Part shown: positions 1 through 9,700 of the stretch, piece after piece
Position numbering within the stretch: position 1 is the first letter of the stretch
Layout of the letters: each line of letters starts with the position of its first letter
Virus record (IMG/VR): IMGVR_UViG_3300017647_000011
Coordinates: 1 to 31,161 of that record
Strand: one strand, 5' to 3'
DNA from: a virus
Lineage: Duplodnaviria > Caudoviricetes
DNA length: 31,161 nucleotides
The notes under the pieces: model-generated
The model's database searches: none
What the model was told of the DNA's origin: nothing
What the model saw: only the letters and a program-made list of their open reading frames with translations
Position numbers and translations under genes: made by a program

Positions 1-291
1 GGCGAGCTGGTGGAGGAAGGGGAGGAGTCTCTCTTCACCGATGATGACCTCGCGGAGATCCTCCGCACGTCGCCTCACATGGAGAGAGCGGCTTACGAGG
101 GGTGGCGAATCAAGGCGGCTCACTTCGCCAATCTGGTGGACGTTGTCGATGGCGCGGCTAGCAGGAAGTTCAGCGACCTGCTCGACAATGCCAGAGGCAT
201 GATGGCCACCTACCTCAAGGCCCCCGCTGGACCCTCAGATGGGAGGTCCCGAATCGGAAGGATCGTACGACCATGGACCGGATCGAGCTGA
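1..291 (+). CDS. Head-to-tail adaptor-like protein (5' truncated; frame open from base 1)
   Basis: FTDDDLAEIL...AAYEGWRIKAA pattern; first gene of the neck/tail operon. Confidence 0.55.
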   Translation, partial: GELVEEGEESLFTDDDLAEILRTSPHMERAAYEGWRIKAAHFANLVDVVDGAASRKFSDLLDNARGMMATYLKAPAGPSDGRSRIGRIVRPWTGSS

Positions 292-656
292 TCATGAGGC
301 GCCGCGTAGTTGGCGCTTTCATCGATGCGGACCCTGTGTTCATTACGGTTACTCGGGACCTGCCTCCAACTAGAACAGCAGCGGGGGGTCTGACCTCCAC
401 ACCAGGCCCTCCGCTGCCGGTTCAGAAGGCTCGGATCGTCCAGAATATCCGGCGCCTGTCTCCTGGCCTCGTCAATACTGAGGCTGGCGAGATTCCAGAT
501 GATACCTTCCTCCTCATCGGTCGTCACAGCCTAGACATCCAGGTAGATGACACCTTCCTCTGGCGAGGCCTGAAGTACCGAGTGGACCGGGTTCACCCCT
601 TCCGCTTCGAGAGCACTCTTTGTGTCCTTGACTTCGACGGGGGTCCCAATGCCTAG
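273..656 (+). CDS. Head-to-tail stopper / head-closure protein
   Basis: Beta-rich 127 aa with DIQVDDTFLWRGLKYRV motif (SPP1 gp16-like); synteny. Confidence 0.6.
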   Translation: MDRIELIMRRRVVGAFIDADPVFITVTRDLPPTRTAAGGLTSTPGPPLPVQKARIVQNIRRLSPGLVNTEAGEIPDDTFLLIGRHSLDIQVDDTFLWRGLKYRVDRVHPFRFESTLCVLDFDGGPNA

Positions 657-1017
657 GGTTGGTATCTTCTGGGAAGGCACTGACTTCGGCAGCCTCTATG
701 GCGAGTTCGACCCCAAGGGCGATGCTGAGGAAGTCTTCGAAGAGTATGCTCAGCAGATCCTCGCTGATGCTCGGGCGAACGCCCCCTGGCAAGACCGGAC
801 AGGCGATGCTCGAGCCGGCTTGGGTGTGGAGGTCACATCTTCCTTGAGTTCGGTGCAGCTCACGTTGTATCACTCGGTGGAATACGGTCAGTGGCTTGAG
901 ACTATCCAGGGCGGTAATTTCGCTGTCATCATGCCCACGCTCGAACGATGGGCTCCACGGCTCTTCAGAGAGGTAGGGGCAAGTGACATGACGACCTCAG
1001 AGGGGGATATCATATGA
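649..1017 (+). CDS. HK97 gp10-like neck / tail-completion protein
   Basis: ARANAPWQDRTGDARAGL...HSVEYGQWLE motif; ATG at 649 overlaps upstream gene. Confidence 0.7.
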   Translation: MPRVGIFWEGTDFGSLYGEFDPKGDAEEVFEEYAQQILADARANAPWQDRTGDARAGLGVEVTSSLSSVQLTLYHSVEYGQWLETIQGGNFAVIMPTLERWAPRLFREVGASDMTTSEGDII

Positions 1018-1427
1018 ACCCTCGCATCGCCATCTACAACCGGATGGTCAATGATCCGGAGCTTCAGGCTCTGGTAGGTGGTAGGGTCTTCGCCAAGAAG
1101 TCGATGACCTCGGCGGTAGAGGAACATCCTTTCATTGTTTACAAGTTCGGAACAGGGTCGAACGAAGACTTGGCTGAGGATGAGCCGATCAAGCGGCAGT
1201 ATCTTCAGTTCTTCGTTCATGACTTCTCCGACACCGAGACGGGTGACTACTTGCGCATCGATGATGTGCTGAGTCGACTCTATCAGCTCTTTCACAACTG
1301 GTCAAACAAGGAAGCGAACATCATTCTCACCTCGTTTCTTGAGACCAGTCAGGACCTCAATGATCTGACCCTCAGTACTGTCATGAAGTACAGTAGGTTC
1401 AATTCTCTCATCAAGGAGACACCATGA
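1014..1427 (+). CDS. Tail terminator protein
   Basis: DPELQALVGGRVF...PFIVY pattern; ATGA coupling; position before major tail gene. Confidence 0.65.
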   Translation: MNPRIAIYNRMVNDPELQALVGGRVFAKKSMTSAVEEHPFIVYKFGTGSNEDLAEDEPIKRQYLQFFVHDFSDTETGDYLRIDDVLSRLYQLFHNWSNKEANIILTSFLETSQDLNDLTLSTVMKYSRFNSLIKETP

Positions 1428-1741
1428 AGCACCTGGTCTACCGGGGGAACGCCGACTTCCGGCGACTCTCGCCCGAGGACCTCAAGAAGCACGGTGGCGA
1501 CCTCGCACAGCCGGTGGTCTTCACTCGCGGCGAGCCCGTCGAGGTGAATGAGTCGGTGGCCAAGGCTCTGCTCGAGAACCCCAGGGTCTACGGAAACTTC
1601 GAGGTCGTCAGCAAGAAGGAGGCGGCCAAGGTGGAGCCGAAGGCCCAGCCGGCGAAGATCAATCGCGCTGTGGGCACCGTCGATGTCAAGGGTGCCTCGC
1701 GTATCGACACGTCCGTGAAGGCGCGCTCGAAGGCGCGTTGA
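1424..1741 (+). CDS. Hypothetical protein in tail operon
   Basis: AAGGAG SD, ATGA overlap, strongly GC3-biased codons. Confidence 0.7.
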   Translation: MKHLVYRGNADFRRLSPEDLKKHGGDLAQPVVFTRGEPVEVNESVAKALLENPRVYGNFEVVSKKEAAKVEPKAQPAKINRAVGTVDVKGASRIDTSVKARSKAR

Positions 1742-1867
1742 CGATCGAGTCAAGCCCTGAGGCACCGATTCGGATCCGTTAACGGCGGGTGGGACTGTCC
1801 AGTACGCCTACTTGACCCGATTATCGGCACGACCGATCACAGGCGATTAGGGAAGCGTACGGATATC

Positions 1868-2074
1868 ATGACCCATCAACTCAGATGTAAGTCCACGCTT
1901 CACGGCATCCTCTCGGATGACCGCAAGAAGCTGGAAGTGAAGTGCAAGCGCCGTAAGTGCGGTGCTGCGCCCGGTGTGGTAGTTCTCCACACCATCGATC
2001 TCGAGACGCTCGACGTCACGACGCGGCGGTTCCATGAACCATCCGCAACACCTGAAAGGAAAAGCACACCATGA
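1868..2074 (+). CDS. Small zinc-ribbon protein (Mu Com-like pattern)
   Basis: LRC-x4-H...LEVKC-x4-C; stop overlaps major tail start. Confidence 0.55.
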   Translation: MTHQLRCKSTLHGILSDDRKKLEVKCKRRKCGAAPGVVVLHTIDLETLDVTTRRFHEPSATPERKSTP

Positions 2075-2898
2075 CGATGCCCGCTTACGCGCTGCCGTTC
2101 GGTCTCCGCGAGGTCTGGCTCATCCCCGATGGCCCCGACGGTCAGCCTGACACGGATGCCGCGGTCAAGCTGCCGGCCTCTCGCACGTTCTCCTTCAGCG
2201 AGACGGAGGACTTCGAGGAGCTCGCCGGCGACGACCGCACCATCGCCTCCCACGGCTCTGGTCCGACGGTCGACTGGGACCTGGAGGGCGGCGGTGTTTC
2301 GCTCGAGGTCGTCCGAGTCCTCGTCGGTGGTACCGTTGCCGAGACCGGCACTTCGCCGGAGGCAGTTCGCCGCTTCGTCAAGAAGACCTCTCACTCGCGC
2401 CCGTACTTCTCGGTCGTGGGTCGAGCGATCTCTGACAACGGCGGTGACTTCGTCGGCTGCGTTCGTCGATGCAAGGCGGACGGCGACTTCGAGCTGGAGT
2501 TCGCCAACGGGTCGTTCATGCTCACGTCCTGCTCGGGCAAGGGCTACGGCGACCTGGACAACGAGGACCTGTTCTGGTTCGAGCAGCGCGAGTCCGCGGC
2601 TGCCATCGACCCCGCCACGATCCTCAACCCCCTCGATGTCGCTCCGGTGATTACCACCACCGACCTCGACGAGATGACGCAGAACGCGGCGTTCAGCCAG
2701 CAGCTGGCGGCCACTGGTTCGCCCACTCCGACCTGGGCGGTTACCGCTGGCACCCTGCCGGACGGTCTCACGCTCTCTCCGGGTGGTCTGCTCTCCGGCA
2801 CTCCGACCGTGGACGGCGCCTACGACTTCACCGTCACGGCGACGAACACCGCCGGCACCGACACGATGCAGTACACCGGCACCATCGCCACCGCCTGA
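2071..2898 (+). CDS. Major tail (tube) protein with C-terminal Ig-like domain
   Basis: LPFGLREV...ELAGDD tube pattern; C-terminal GTLPDGLTLSPGGLLSGTPT..G.YDFTVTATN putative-Ig repeat; high-expression codons; AAGGA SD (start 2071 or 2077). Confidence 0.85.
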   Translation: MTMPAYALPFGLREVWLIPDGPDGQPDTDAAVKLPASRTFSFSETEDFEELAGDDRTIASHGSGPTVDWDLEGGGVSLEVVRVLVGGTVAETGTSPEAVRRFVKKTSHSRPYFSVVGRAISDNGGDFVGCVRRCKADGDFELEFANGSFMLTSCSGKGYGDLDNEDLFWFEQRESAAAIDPATILNPLDVAPVITTTDLDEMTQNAAFSQQLAATGSPTPTWAVTAGTLPDGLTLSPGGLLSGTPTVDGAYDFTVTATNTAGTDTMQYTGTIATA

Positions 2899-2904
2899 TT
2901 CACA

Positions 2905-2942
2905 GGAGTGGAAGGACTACAGGAAACCCCCTTCCGCGCTCC
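2905..2942 (+). terminator. Stem-loop after major tail gene (terminator or stability hairpin)
   Basis: GGAG-TGGAAGG ... CCTTCCG-CG-CTCC; no clear U-tract. Confidence 0.45.
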
Positions 2943-3054
2943 GGATCAGATATGATGTGATCGATGCGGGGTATTTCGTCTTTGGTATTCGTATATGCAC
3001 CCTTTAGGGGTGCAATACGACATAACGAAACGAACGACCTCACATCATCGATCC
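2943..3054. other. Long irregular RNA hairpin (~110 nt) in intergenic spacer
   Basis: Nested pairs GGATC/GATCC, ATGATGTGA/TCACATCAT, TTTCGT/ACGAAA, TCGTAT/ATACGA, TGCACCC/GGGTGCA. Confidence 0.7.
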
Positions 3055-3106
3055 ATCTCAGCAACACAACAACAGAACGAAATTGATCCCCAGGAGGACC
3101 AAAGAC

Positions 3107-3550
3107 ATGGCTACCAAGAAGCAGCCTCAGGACCGCAAGCCCAGCTCCGCGGCGGACTTCAAGAAGAGGGTCCGCACGACGCTCGAGCTGCCCAGCGGTC
3201 TCGTCGTCAAGGTGAAGAACCCGGGCGGCATGCAGGCCTACCTCTCTCAGGGCAAGATCCCAAACACCCTTCTGCCTCTGGTGCAGCAGGGCATCAAGCA
3301 GGGGGGTGTGGATCAGGCTGAGGTCGGCAAGGCCATCGAAGACCCGGCAGCTATCGCGGACATGCTCGACCTGGTCAATACCATGGTCATCGACACCTGC
3401 GTTGAGCCGAGGGTTTACCCTGCTCCTGAGGACGAAGACGATCGAGACGACGACCTCGTCTACATCGACGAGATGTCGGACAGCGACCGGATGTTCATCT
3501 TCAACTGGGTGAACTCGGGGGTCACCGACCTCGCCCGATTTCGTCAGTAA
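3107..3550 (+). CDS. Tail assembly chaperone (gpG-like)
   Basis: AGGAGG SD before ATG 3107; lies between major tail and tape measure; LELPSG and 'DEMSDSDRMFIFNW' patterns. Confidence 0.8.
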   Translation: MATKKQPQDRKPSSAADFKKRVRTTLELPSGLVVKVKNPGGMQAYLSQGKIPNTLLPLVQQGIKQGGVDQAEVGKAIEDPAAIADMLDLVNTMVIDTCVEPRVYPAPEDEDDRDDDLVYIDEMSDSDRMFIFNWVNSGVTDLARFRQ

Positions 3551-3848
3551 CAACACGAACCTTTGGGTCCTTTGGAGAATGTCCCAGGACCTGAACTGCC
3601 GGCCCTCAGACCTTCTGGGTATCCAGGGGGTCTATGAGGCGTATTGCCTAGATCAAGCCGTCTGGTACGCCGGTACTCATATCGATGCCGACCTCAACGA
3701 GGCTGTTGACAACGCTATTCACTCGGGTAGCAAGTCCAAGCAGCATAAGGGGAAGGCGGACATGGCTCGGAAGCGGGTCATGCGCAAGTACTTTGGCGCG
3801 GATGAGGCTCCTACGCAATTCGCCGATCCAGCCGCCATGGCTCGATAA
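3540..3848 (+). CDS. Tail assembly chaperone extension (gpT-like), probably reached by +1 frameshift
   Basis: +1 frame is open 3513-3848 (FVSNNTNLWVLWRMSQDLNCRPSDLL...); TTT_CGT at 3539-3544. Confidence 0.65.
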   Translation, partial: FVSNNTNLWVLWRMSQDLNCRPSDLLGIQGVYEAYCLDQAVWYAGTHIDADLNEAVDNAIHSGSKSKQHKGKADMARKRVMRKYFGADEAPTQFADPAAMAR

Positions 3849-3869
3849 CTAGCCCCTAGGAGGCACCCC

Positions 3870-6725
3870 TTGGCTCTCGGTCAGATCCGTGGCCAGATGA
3901 TCCTGGATGTACAGCAGGCTCTGGCCGCGTACACATCCGTTCGTCTTGCCCATCTGAACACCGTTACCGCCCTTGCAACGGGCGGAGGCGCGATCATGGG
4001 TGTGGGAACCCTGGTAGCCGGAGCCGGTGTCGCCATGGGTGCCGGCATCATGGTCGCGGTGAACGCGGCCGGTGAGTTCGAGCGCAAGCTGGACTACTTC
4101 CTGGCGGTCTCTGGCGCCACTCAGGAAGAGTACGACGCGATCCGGGTTGAGGCGCTGCGCCTGGGTCAGGACACGATCTACTCCGCCGACCAGATTGCTG
4201 AGTCTTTCGTAGAGCTCGGCAAGGCGGGTGTCTCGGCCCAGGATATCATCAATGGTATTGGCGAGGGAGTCGCCAACCTCGGTGCGGCAGCGGATATTCC
4301 GCTTGACACTGCGGCAACGATCCTCATGTCCGCAGTCCAGACCTTCGGTCTTGGCGCGGATGAGGCAGTCGGGGTTGCGGACCGGCTTGCCGGCGCAGCC
4401 AATGCGTCCATTATTGAGGTCGAAGACCTGGGTGTCTCCCTGAAGTATGCCGGTGGTGTTGCGGCATCTCTCGGTATCCCCTTCGAAGATGTTAACACCG
4501 CACTTGCTCTGCTCGGTACGTACGGTATCCGCGGCTCGACCGCTGGTACCTCACTTCGGCAGATGCTGGTGTCCCTGAGCGGGAGTACGAAGAAGGCTCG
4601 AGACACTCTCGAGGAACTGGGCATCATCACCGAAGATGGAGCTAACCAGTTCTTTAACGCCGATGGGTCGGCCAAGTCGCTCGCTGAGATTTTCCAGGTC
4701 TTGCAGGACGCGACTGCTGGGCTGAACGAGGAGCAGCGACTTTCTGCGCTTCGGAGCATCTTTCAGAACCGAGCTCTGGCCTCGGCCATTGCACTCACCA
4801 CTGAGGGTGCTGATGGATTCGCCGAGATGGCTGCTGCCATCGAGCAAACTACTGCTGCCGATGTCGCGAGCCAGCGACTCGACAACCTCTCTGGTGACAT
4901 CGAGATCCTTCGGGGTAACATCGAGACCCTGATGATCACCAGCGGTTCTACGCTGCAAGACTTCTTCCGCGGCCTCGTCCAGGGCGCGACTGAAGCTCTT
5001 CAGTGGTTCCAGAACCTGGGTGAGGGTACACAGGCATTCATCCTCAAGGCCGCTTTGGTAGTCTCGGTCTTGATGGTGGTCGTGGGTGTCTTCGGAGTCT
5101 TTGCGGGCTCCCTACTCAACATCATTGGCTTGATTATCAGGCTTAAGGATGCCGCTGTACTCTTCAGCGCTCTGAGCAAGGCGATCAAGGGAGCAGCGGC
5201 AGCTCAGTGGCTCCTCAATGGCGCCTTTCTCGCAAACCCCATTACGTGGATCATCATTGGCATTGTCGCCCTCATCGCGGCATTCATCCTCCTCTGGAAC
5301 AATTGCGAGGGCTTCCGGAACTTCTTCATCAAGCTCTGGGAGCACATCAAGGCAGCCGCTGCTGCGGTCTGGGAGTGGTTCCTCAACCTGCCTAGCTGGT
5401 TCAGCAACCTCTGGAACTCGATCTCATCGACCGCCTCCTCGGTGTGGAATAGCATCATCCTGTTCTTCGGCTCGATCCCGGGTCGCATCACTGCTTTCTT
5501 CTCCACCATTGGTACTTTCTTCACGAACCTCTGGAACAACATCGTCAACTGGGCAGTGACGACTTGGAACAGCTTTCTTACCTTTGTGGCGGCCTTGCCT
5601 GGTAGGATCGGTGCCTTCTTTGCTGAGCTGCCTGGTTTGCTAGGCTACTGGATCGGTTTCGCCATTGGCACCATTCTGCGACTCCTCTACGAGGCAGCAG
5701 TCACCATTGGTGAAGCAGTAGTGGCGATCGTCACTGCAGTAATCACCTGGTTCTCAGAGCTGCCTGCACGGGTTGGGGCCATCTGGCAATCCATGGTGGA
5801 CTGGGTGATGAACATCCTCATTCCATGGGTTGCTCAGGTGATCGAGTCGGCTGGGAACGTGGTCACCTCGATCTTGCAGTGGTTTGCTTCACTGCCTGGT
5901 CGGGCTGCTACCTTCTTCAGCAACATGGTCTCGAGAATTATCAGCTGGCTTCGTAATGCTTGGGATGCTGCGAAGACCTATGGTCAGCGAGTGGTGGATG
6001 GGTTCATCAGCTTCATCCGCAACCTGCCGTCTCGAGTTGCTACCTTCTTTACCACCCTGTACAACAACATTCGGAACAAGCTCACTGACGCCTGGAACAA
6101 GGCTAAGGAGATGGGCCGGAATATCCGAGATGGCATTGTCAATGTTATCAACGGGTTGCCTGGCACAGTTCGGGGTATCTTCGACCGAGTAGTCCAGGCG
6201 ATCAAGGACAAGATCAGCTCGGCATTCAACGCAGTCCACGACTTTGCTAGCGGGCTCTGGGAGGGCTTTAAGGACGGTCTGGGCATTGCTTCGCCCTCGT
6301 ACATCGAGCACGCGATGTGGGCGATTACGGACGTTCTGGACACCGAAACGGACCGCATGGCTGGCATGGTTAGGCGGATTCAGGGTCTGGGTAACAACAT
6401 TAGCGAGGTCGGTAATCATCTTGGCGAGGGTTTCGGAAGCTCGCTAAACGAGGGGCTGCGCACGATGCGCTCGTCGCTGCATGAAGCTCGCACGATGAGC
6501 GACCAGCTCGTCGCCCTAAACGCCGCGAATCAGCTATCGGGTGATATCACCGCGACGCAAAGTGGCGGAACGCTGGGAGTGCTTTCAACCGGTTCCGGCG
6601 TCACCAACAATTACTACGACATGGGTGACGTCATGATTCCCGTAGAGGACCTGGAAGAGGTTAAGACAGTGAAGGATGTGTTCGATACCGTACAGCGGTC
6701 GGCACGGCAGCGAGGGGGTAACTGA
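3870..6725 (+). CDS. Tape measure protein
   Basis: 951 aa; TP901-type core (ELGKAG, GIRGSTAGTSLR, RLDNLSGD); LANPITWII TM segment; W/F repeats; AGGAGG SD with TTG start. Confidence 0.95.
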   Translation: MALGQIRGQMILDVQQALAAYTSVRLAHLNTVTALATGGGAIMGVGTLVAGAGVAMGAGIMVAVNAAGEFERKLDYFLAVSGATQEEYDAIRVEALRLGQDTIYSADQIAESFVELGKAGVSAQDIINGIGEGVANLGAAADIPLDTAATILMSAVQTFGLGADEAVGVADRLAGAANASIIEVEDLGVSLKYAGGVAASLGIPFEDVNTALALLGTYGIRGSTAGTSLRQMLVSLSGSTKKARDTLEELGIITEDGANQFFNADGSAKSLAEIFQVLQDATAGLNEEQRLSALRSIFQNRALASAIALTTEGADGFAEMAAAIEQTTAADVASQRLDNLSGDIEILRGNIETLMITSGSTLQDFFRGLVQGATEALQWFQNLGEGTQAFILKAALVVSVLMVVVGVFGVFAGSLLNIIGLIIRLKDAAVLFSALSKAIKGAAAAQWLLNGAFLANPITWIIIGIVALIAAFILLWNNCEGFRNFFIKLWEHIKAAAAAVWEWFLNLPSWFSNLWNSISSTASSVWNSIILFFGSIPGRITAFFSTIGTFFTNLWNNIVNWAVTTWNSFLTFVAALPGRIGAFFAELPGLLGYWIGFAIGTILRLLYEAAVTIGEAVVAIVTAVITWFSELPARVGAIWQSMVDWVMNILIPWVAQVIESAGNVVTSILQWFASLPGRAATFFSNMVSRIISWLRNAWDAAKTYGQRVVDGFISFIRNLPSRVATFFTTLYNNIRNKLTDAWNKAKEMGRNIRDGIVNVINGLPGTVRGIFDRVVQAIKDKISSAFNAVHDFASGLWEGFKDGLGIASPSYIEHAMWAITDVLDTETDRMAGMVRRIQGLGNNISEVGNHLGEGFGSSLNEGLRTMRSSLHEARTMSDQLVALNAANQLSGDITATQSGGTLGVLSTGSGVTNNYYDMGDVMIPVEDLEEVKTVKDVFDTVQRSARQRGGN

Positions 6726-9700
6726 TGGCTATCACCTGGGGTGCCGGCGACGGTAGCGGCTACGGTATCTTCTACGTCGGCATCGACTACTCCATCAGCG
6801 GTACTTCGGTCACCGTTCGTTACTACGTTCGGACTGAGGCCAACTCGGTCAACGACACCCAGAAGCTTACCTTCTACGGTAAGATCTCAGGCAGCAAGTC
6901 GTTCACCATGAACACCCCGAACATGGGTGCTCAGTTGGTCCACACCGCTAGCTTCACGGGTTCTCGTGGGTCGAGTTACACGGTCAGTGCATCGCTCTCT
7001 GGTACGTACTCGGGGGGTACGCCGAGTCATAGCCGGACGATCACCATCCCCGCGGTTGAGCCGTCCAAGCCGGGTACCCCGTCGGTCTCATCGATCACGA
7101 GTAATGGGGCGAAGGTCACTTGGTCTGCCCCAACGAACAACGGTGGCTCATCCATCAAGCGGTATCAGGTCTCGTTCTCTGAGAGCTCGTCGTTCTCCAA
7201 CGACGATCGGGCCTATACGACCTCGCGCTCGTACACGTCGACGAGCCGTGCTCCGAACAAGACCTACTGGGTTCGAGTTCGGGCTGAGAATGGAGTAGGC
7301 TGGTCTGGTTGGTCAGGTTCTCGATCGTTTAAGACCAAGCCGAGTACTCCTTCGGCACCCAGCAGTGTCTCGGTCTCTCGGACTAACGACACACGCCAGG
7401 TCATTAGCTGGAACCGCAACAATACAAGCGGGGCCCCGTACGACAACCTATACGTCGAGCGCTGGGATAGTGTCACTAACTCGTACTCGGTCAGGGCAAC
7501 ATTGTCGGGGTCGGCCTCGTCTTACACTGACACGGGTACGGTGGCAAACCGTCGCTATCGATACCGCGTTCGTGCCAAGAACTCGTCGGGGTACTCGAGC
7601 TACGGCTACAGCAACTACATCAGCACAACTCCGCTGCCGCCCACCAATGTCAAGGCGACTAAGAGCGGCGGCAATATCGTCCTGACTTGGTCGATTCCCG
7701 AAGACACGGGCGGTGACGGCCCGGGCAATGGCATCGAGATCTGGCATGCCACCGATGGGGTGTGGGATGGGACTGCTTTGGCTGTCCTAAACACCATGGC
7801 AACGACCTACACACATCTGTCGGTCAACAATGCCGTCACTCACACCTACCGGCTGAAGACTCGGGCGACCAAGGATACGCCCAACCTCTATTCCGCATAC
7901 TCGTCACCATCCAACACGGTTCAGCTGCTGGCGCCTCCTTTGGCACCAACAGTCATCTCGCCGGCGGATGGCTCGGTGTACGCGGATGATGGCAGCGGTG
8001 AGACGGTTGTCACCTGGCAACATAACCCGGTCGACACCACGGACCAGACCAAGTTCGAAGTTCAGTGGCGAGCCAACGAGGATGTCGAGTGGCAGACCAG
8101 CGGCGAGATTGAGTCGACCGAGTCCAGCTACATCATTCCCGACCTGAGTCACGAACAGACATGGGTCTGGCGAGTGAGGACTTGGGGTGAGTACGCTGAC
8201 CCCTCGCCGTTCAACGTGGCCTCGACCTTCACGGTCTCTTCGCCGCCTACGGTGGACTGGGTCTCTCCGGTCGATGAGGACATTATCAACCTCGCGTCGG
8301 TCACCGCGGAGTGGTTGTACTCGGACCCCGATGGTACGGCTCAGACAGGCTGGGAGGTCGAACTTTGGCAGGATGACCAGCGTCTCGAACATCAGTCGGG
8401 AGATGATGACTCGACCCTGGTCCCCATGGAGACTCAGCTACAGAACGAGGTTCAGTACGAGCTCCGAGTTCGAGTTCGTGATGAGGCTCCGCTGTGGTCT
8501 GACTGGGTCTCGGTGTTCTTCACAACCGACTTCCTCAAGCCCGCGGGCGCGACCATCATCGGCAACTACAACCGAGATGATGGCAGCATGGGCATCACTA
8601 TCAACAACCAGGTGGTGGTGGGGGCTCCAGATACGGTTTACAACGAGGTCTGGGTCTCGGAAGACCCAAGTCTCCACACGCTCTACGAGGCTTGGGAAGA
8701 GGCGGTCATCAACGCCGGTCCGACGATCACGTACACCTGGCTGGGAACTGCCAATATGTCGCCCTCGGTGGAGACTATTGATGGCCTCGTGACCCGCACA
8801 AACGTCCTGCTAAGGCCACAGCCGAACCCGCCCGATGGTGTGGGAGGCTGGGCCACTTCAAACTCGACTCGGTACGTCTCGAGTTTTGATGAGGGAGCGG
8901 GACCTGAGGGTCATCCTGCGCTGATGGTGGAACGAACTACGGAGTCGCCGAACAACATCATTGCCGACGTCTATGCTATCGGTAGTACTGATACTTCCAC
9001 AAGTGTTGAGCACCTGACTGAGGTACTTCCCGATACTCAGTATACCGCGTCCGTCTACCTGAAGAGTGGGCTCGCCGCGTGGCGAAGCTGGATGTATATT
9101 TACTGGTATGATGGTACGGGTACACTGATCTCGAATCCTGAGACTGGTTGGGTGGACCAAGAAGGCAGTGACTGGACTCGGATCAGCATGACTGAGACTT
9201 CGCCGGCCGGAGCAGCCTACGCTCGACTGAGGGTCTTCGTGGGTACGACCGGTGGTAATATTATCGGCGGTGAGACGGCCTGGGTGGCTGACGCCCAGCT
9301 CGAGGAGGGGCCCGATGTTACCCCCTTCTTTACTGGCGACAGCATTAACCAGGCCACCGAGGAAGTTCAGAACGCCCGTCAGGCGCTTGAGGCCGCCTGG
9401 CGAAGCACGGCTCGACTGTTGGCTACGGACCTCGACCTGAACACGACCATCACTTACGATCTGCCTCGGCTCGGCGTGAACAGCTATTACCGAGTAATCA
9501 CCGCGAGCGACCTGCCCTCTTACAACGAGGGGGCGATCGTACCGCTGATGGCCGGACCGACTCATGGCTGGATGTTCCTTAATGGAGGTCCCGACTTCAC
9601 CCAGTCGGTTCGCCTGCGAGCTGAGCTGAAGATCGGTCGCACGCAGTCTCGGGAGAAGACCTACAACCGATACAAGGGGCGGCCGAAGCCCATCCCGACG

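Noticed and set aside
5330-6300. Periodic repeats in tape measure as a repeat array or CRISPR
   Set aside because: Ordinary Trp/Phe-spaced protein repeats; no identical DNA repeats with spacers
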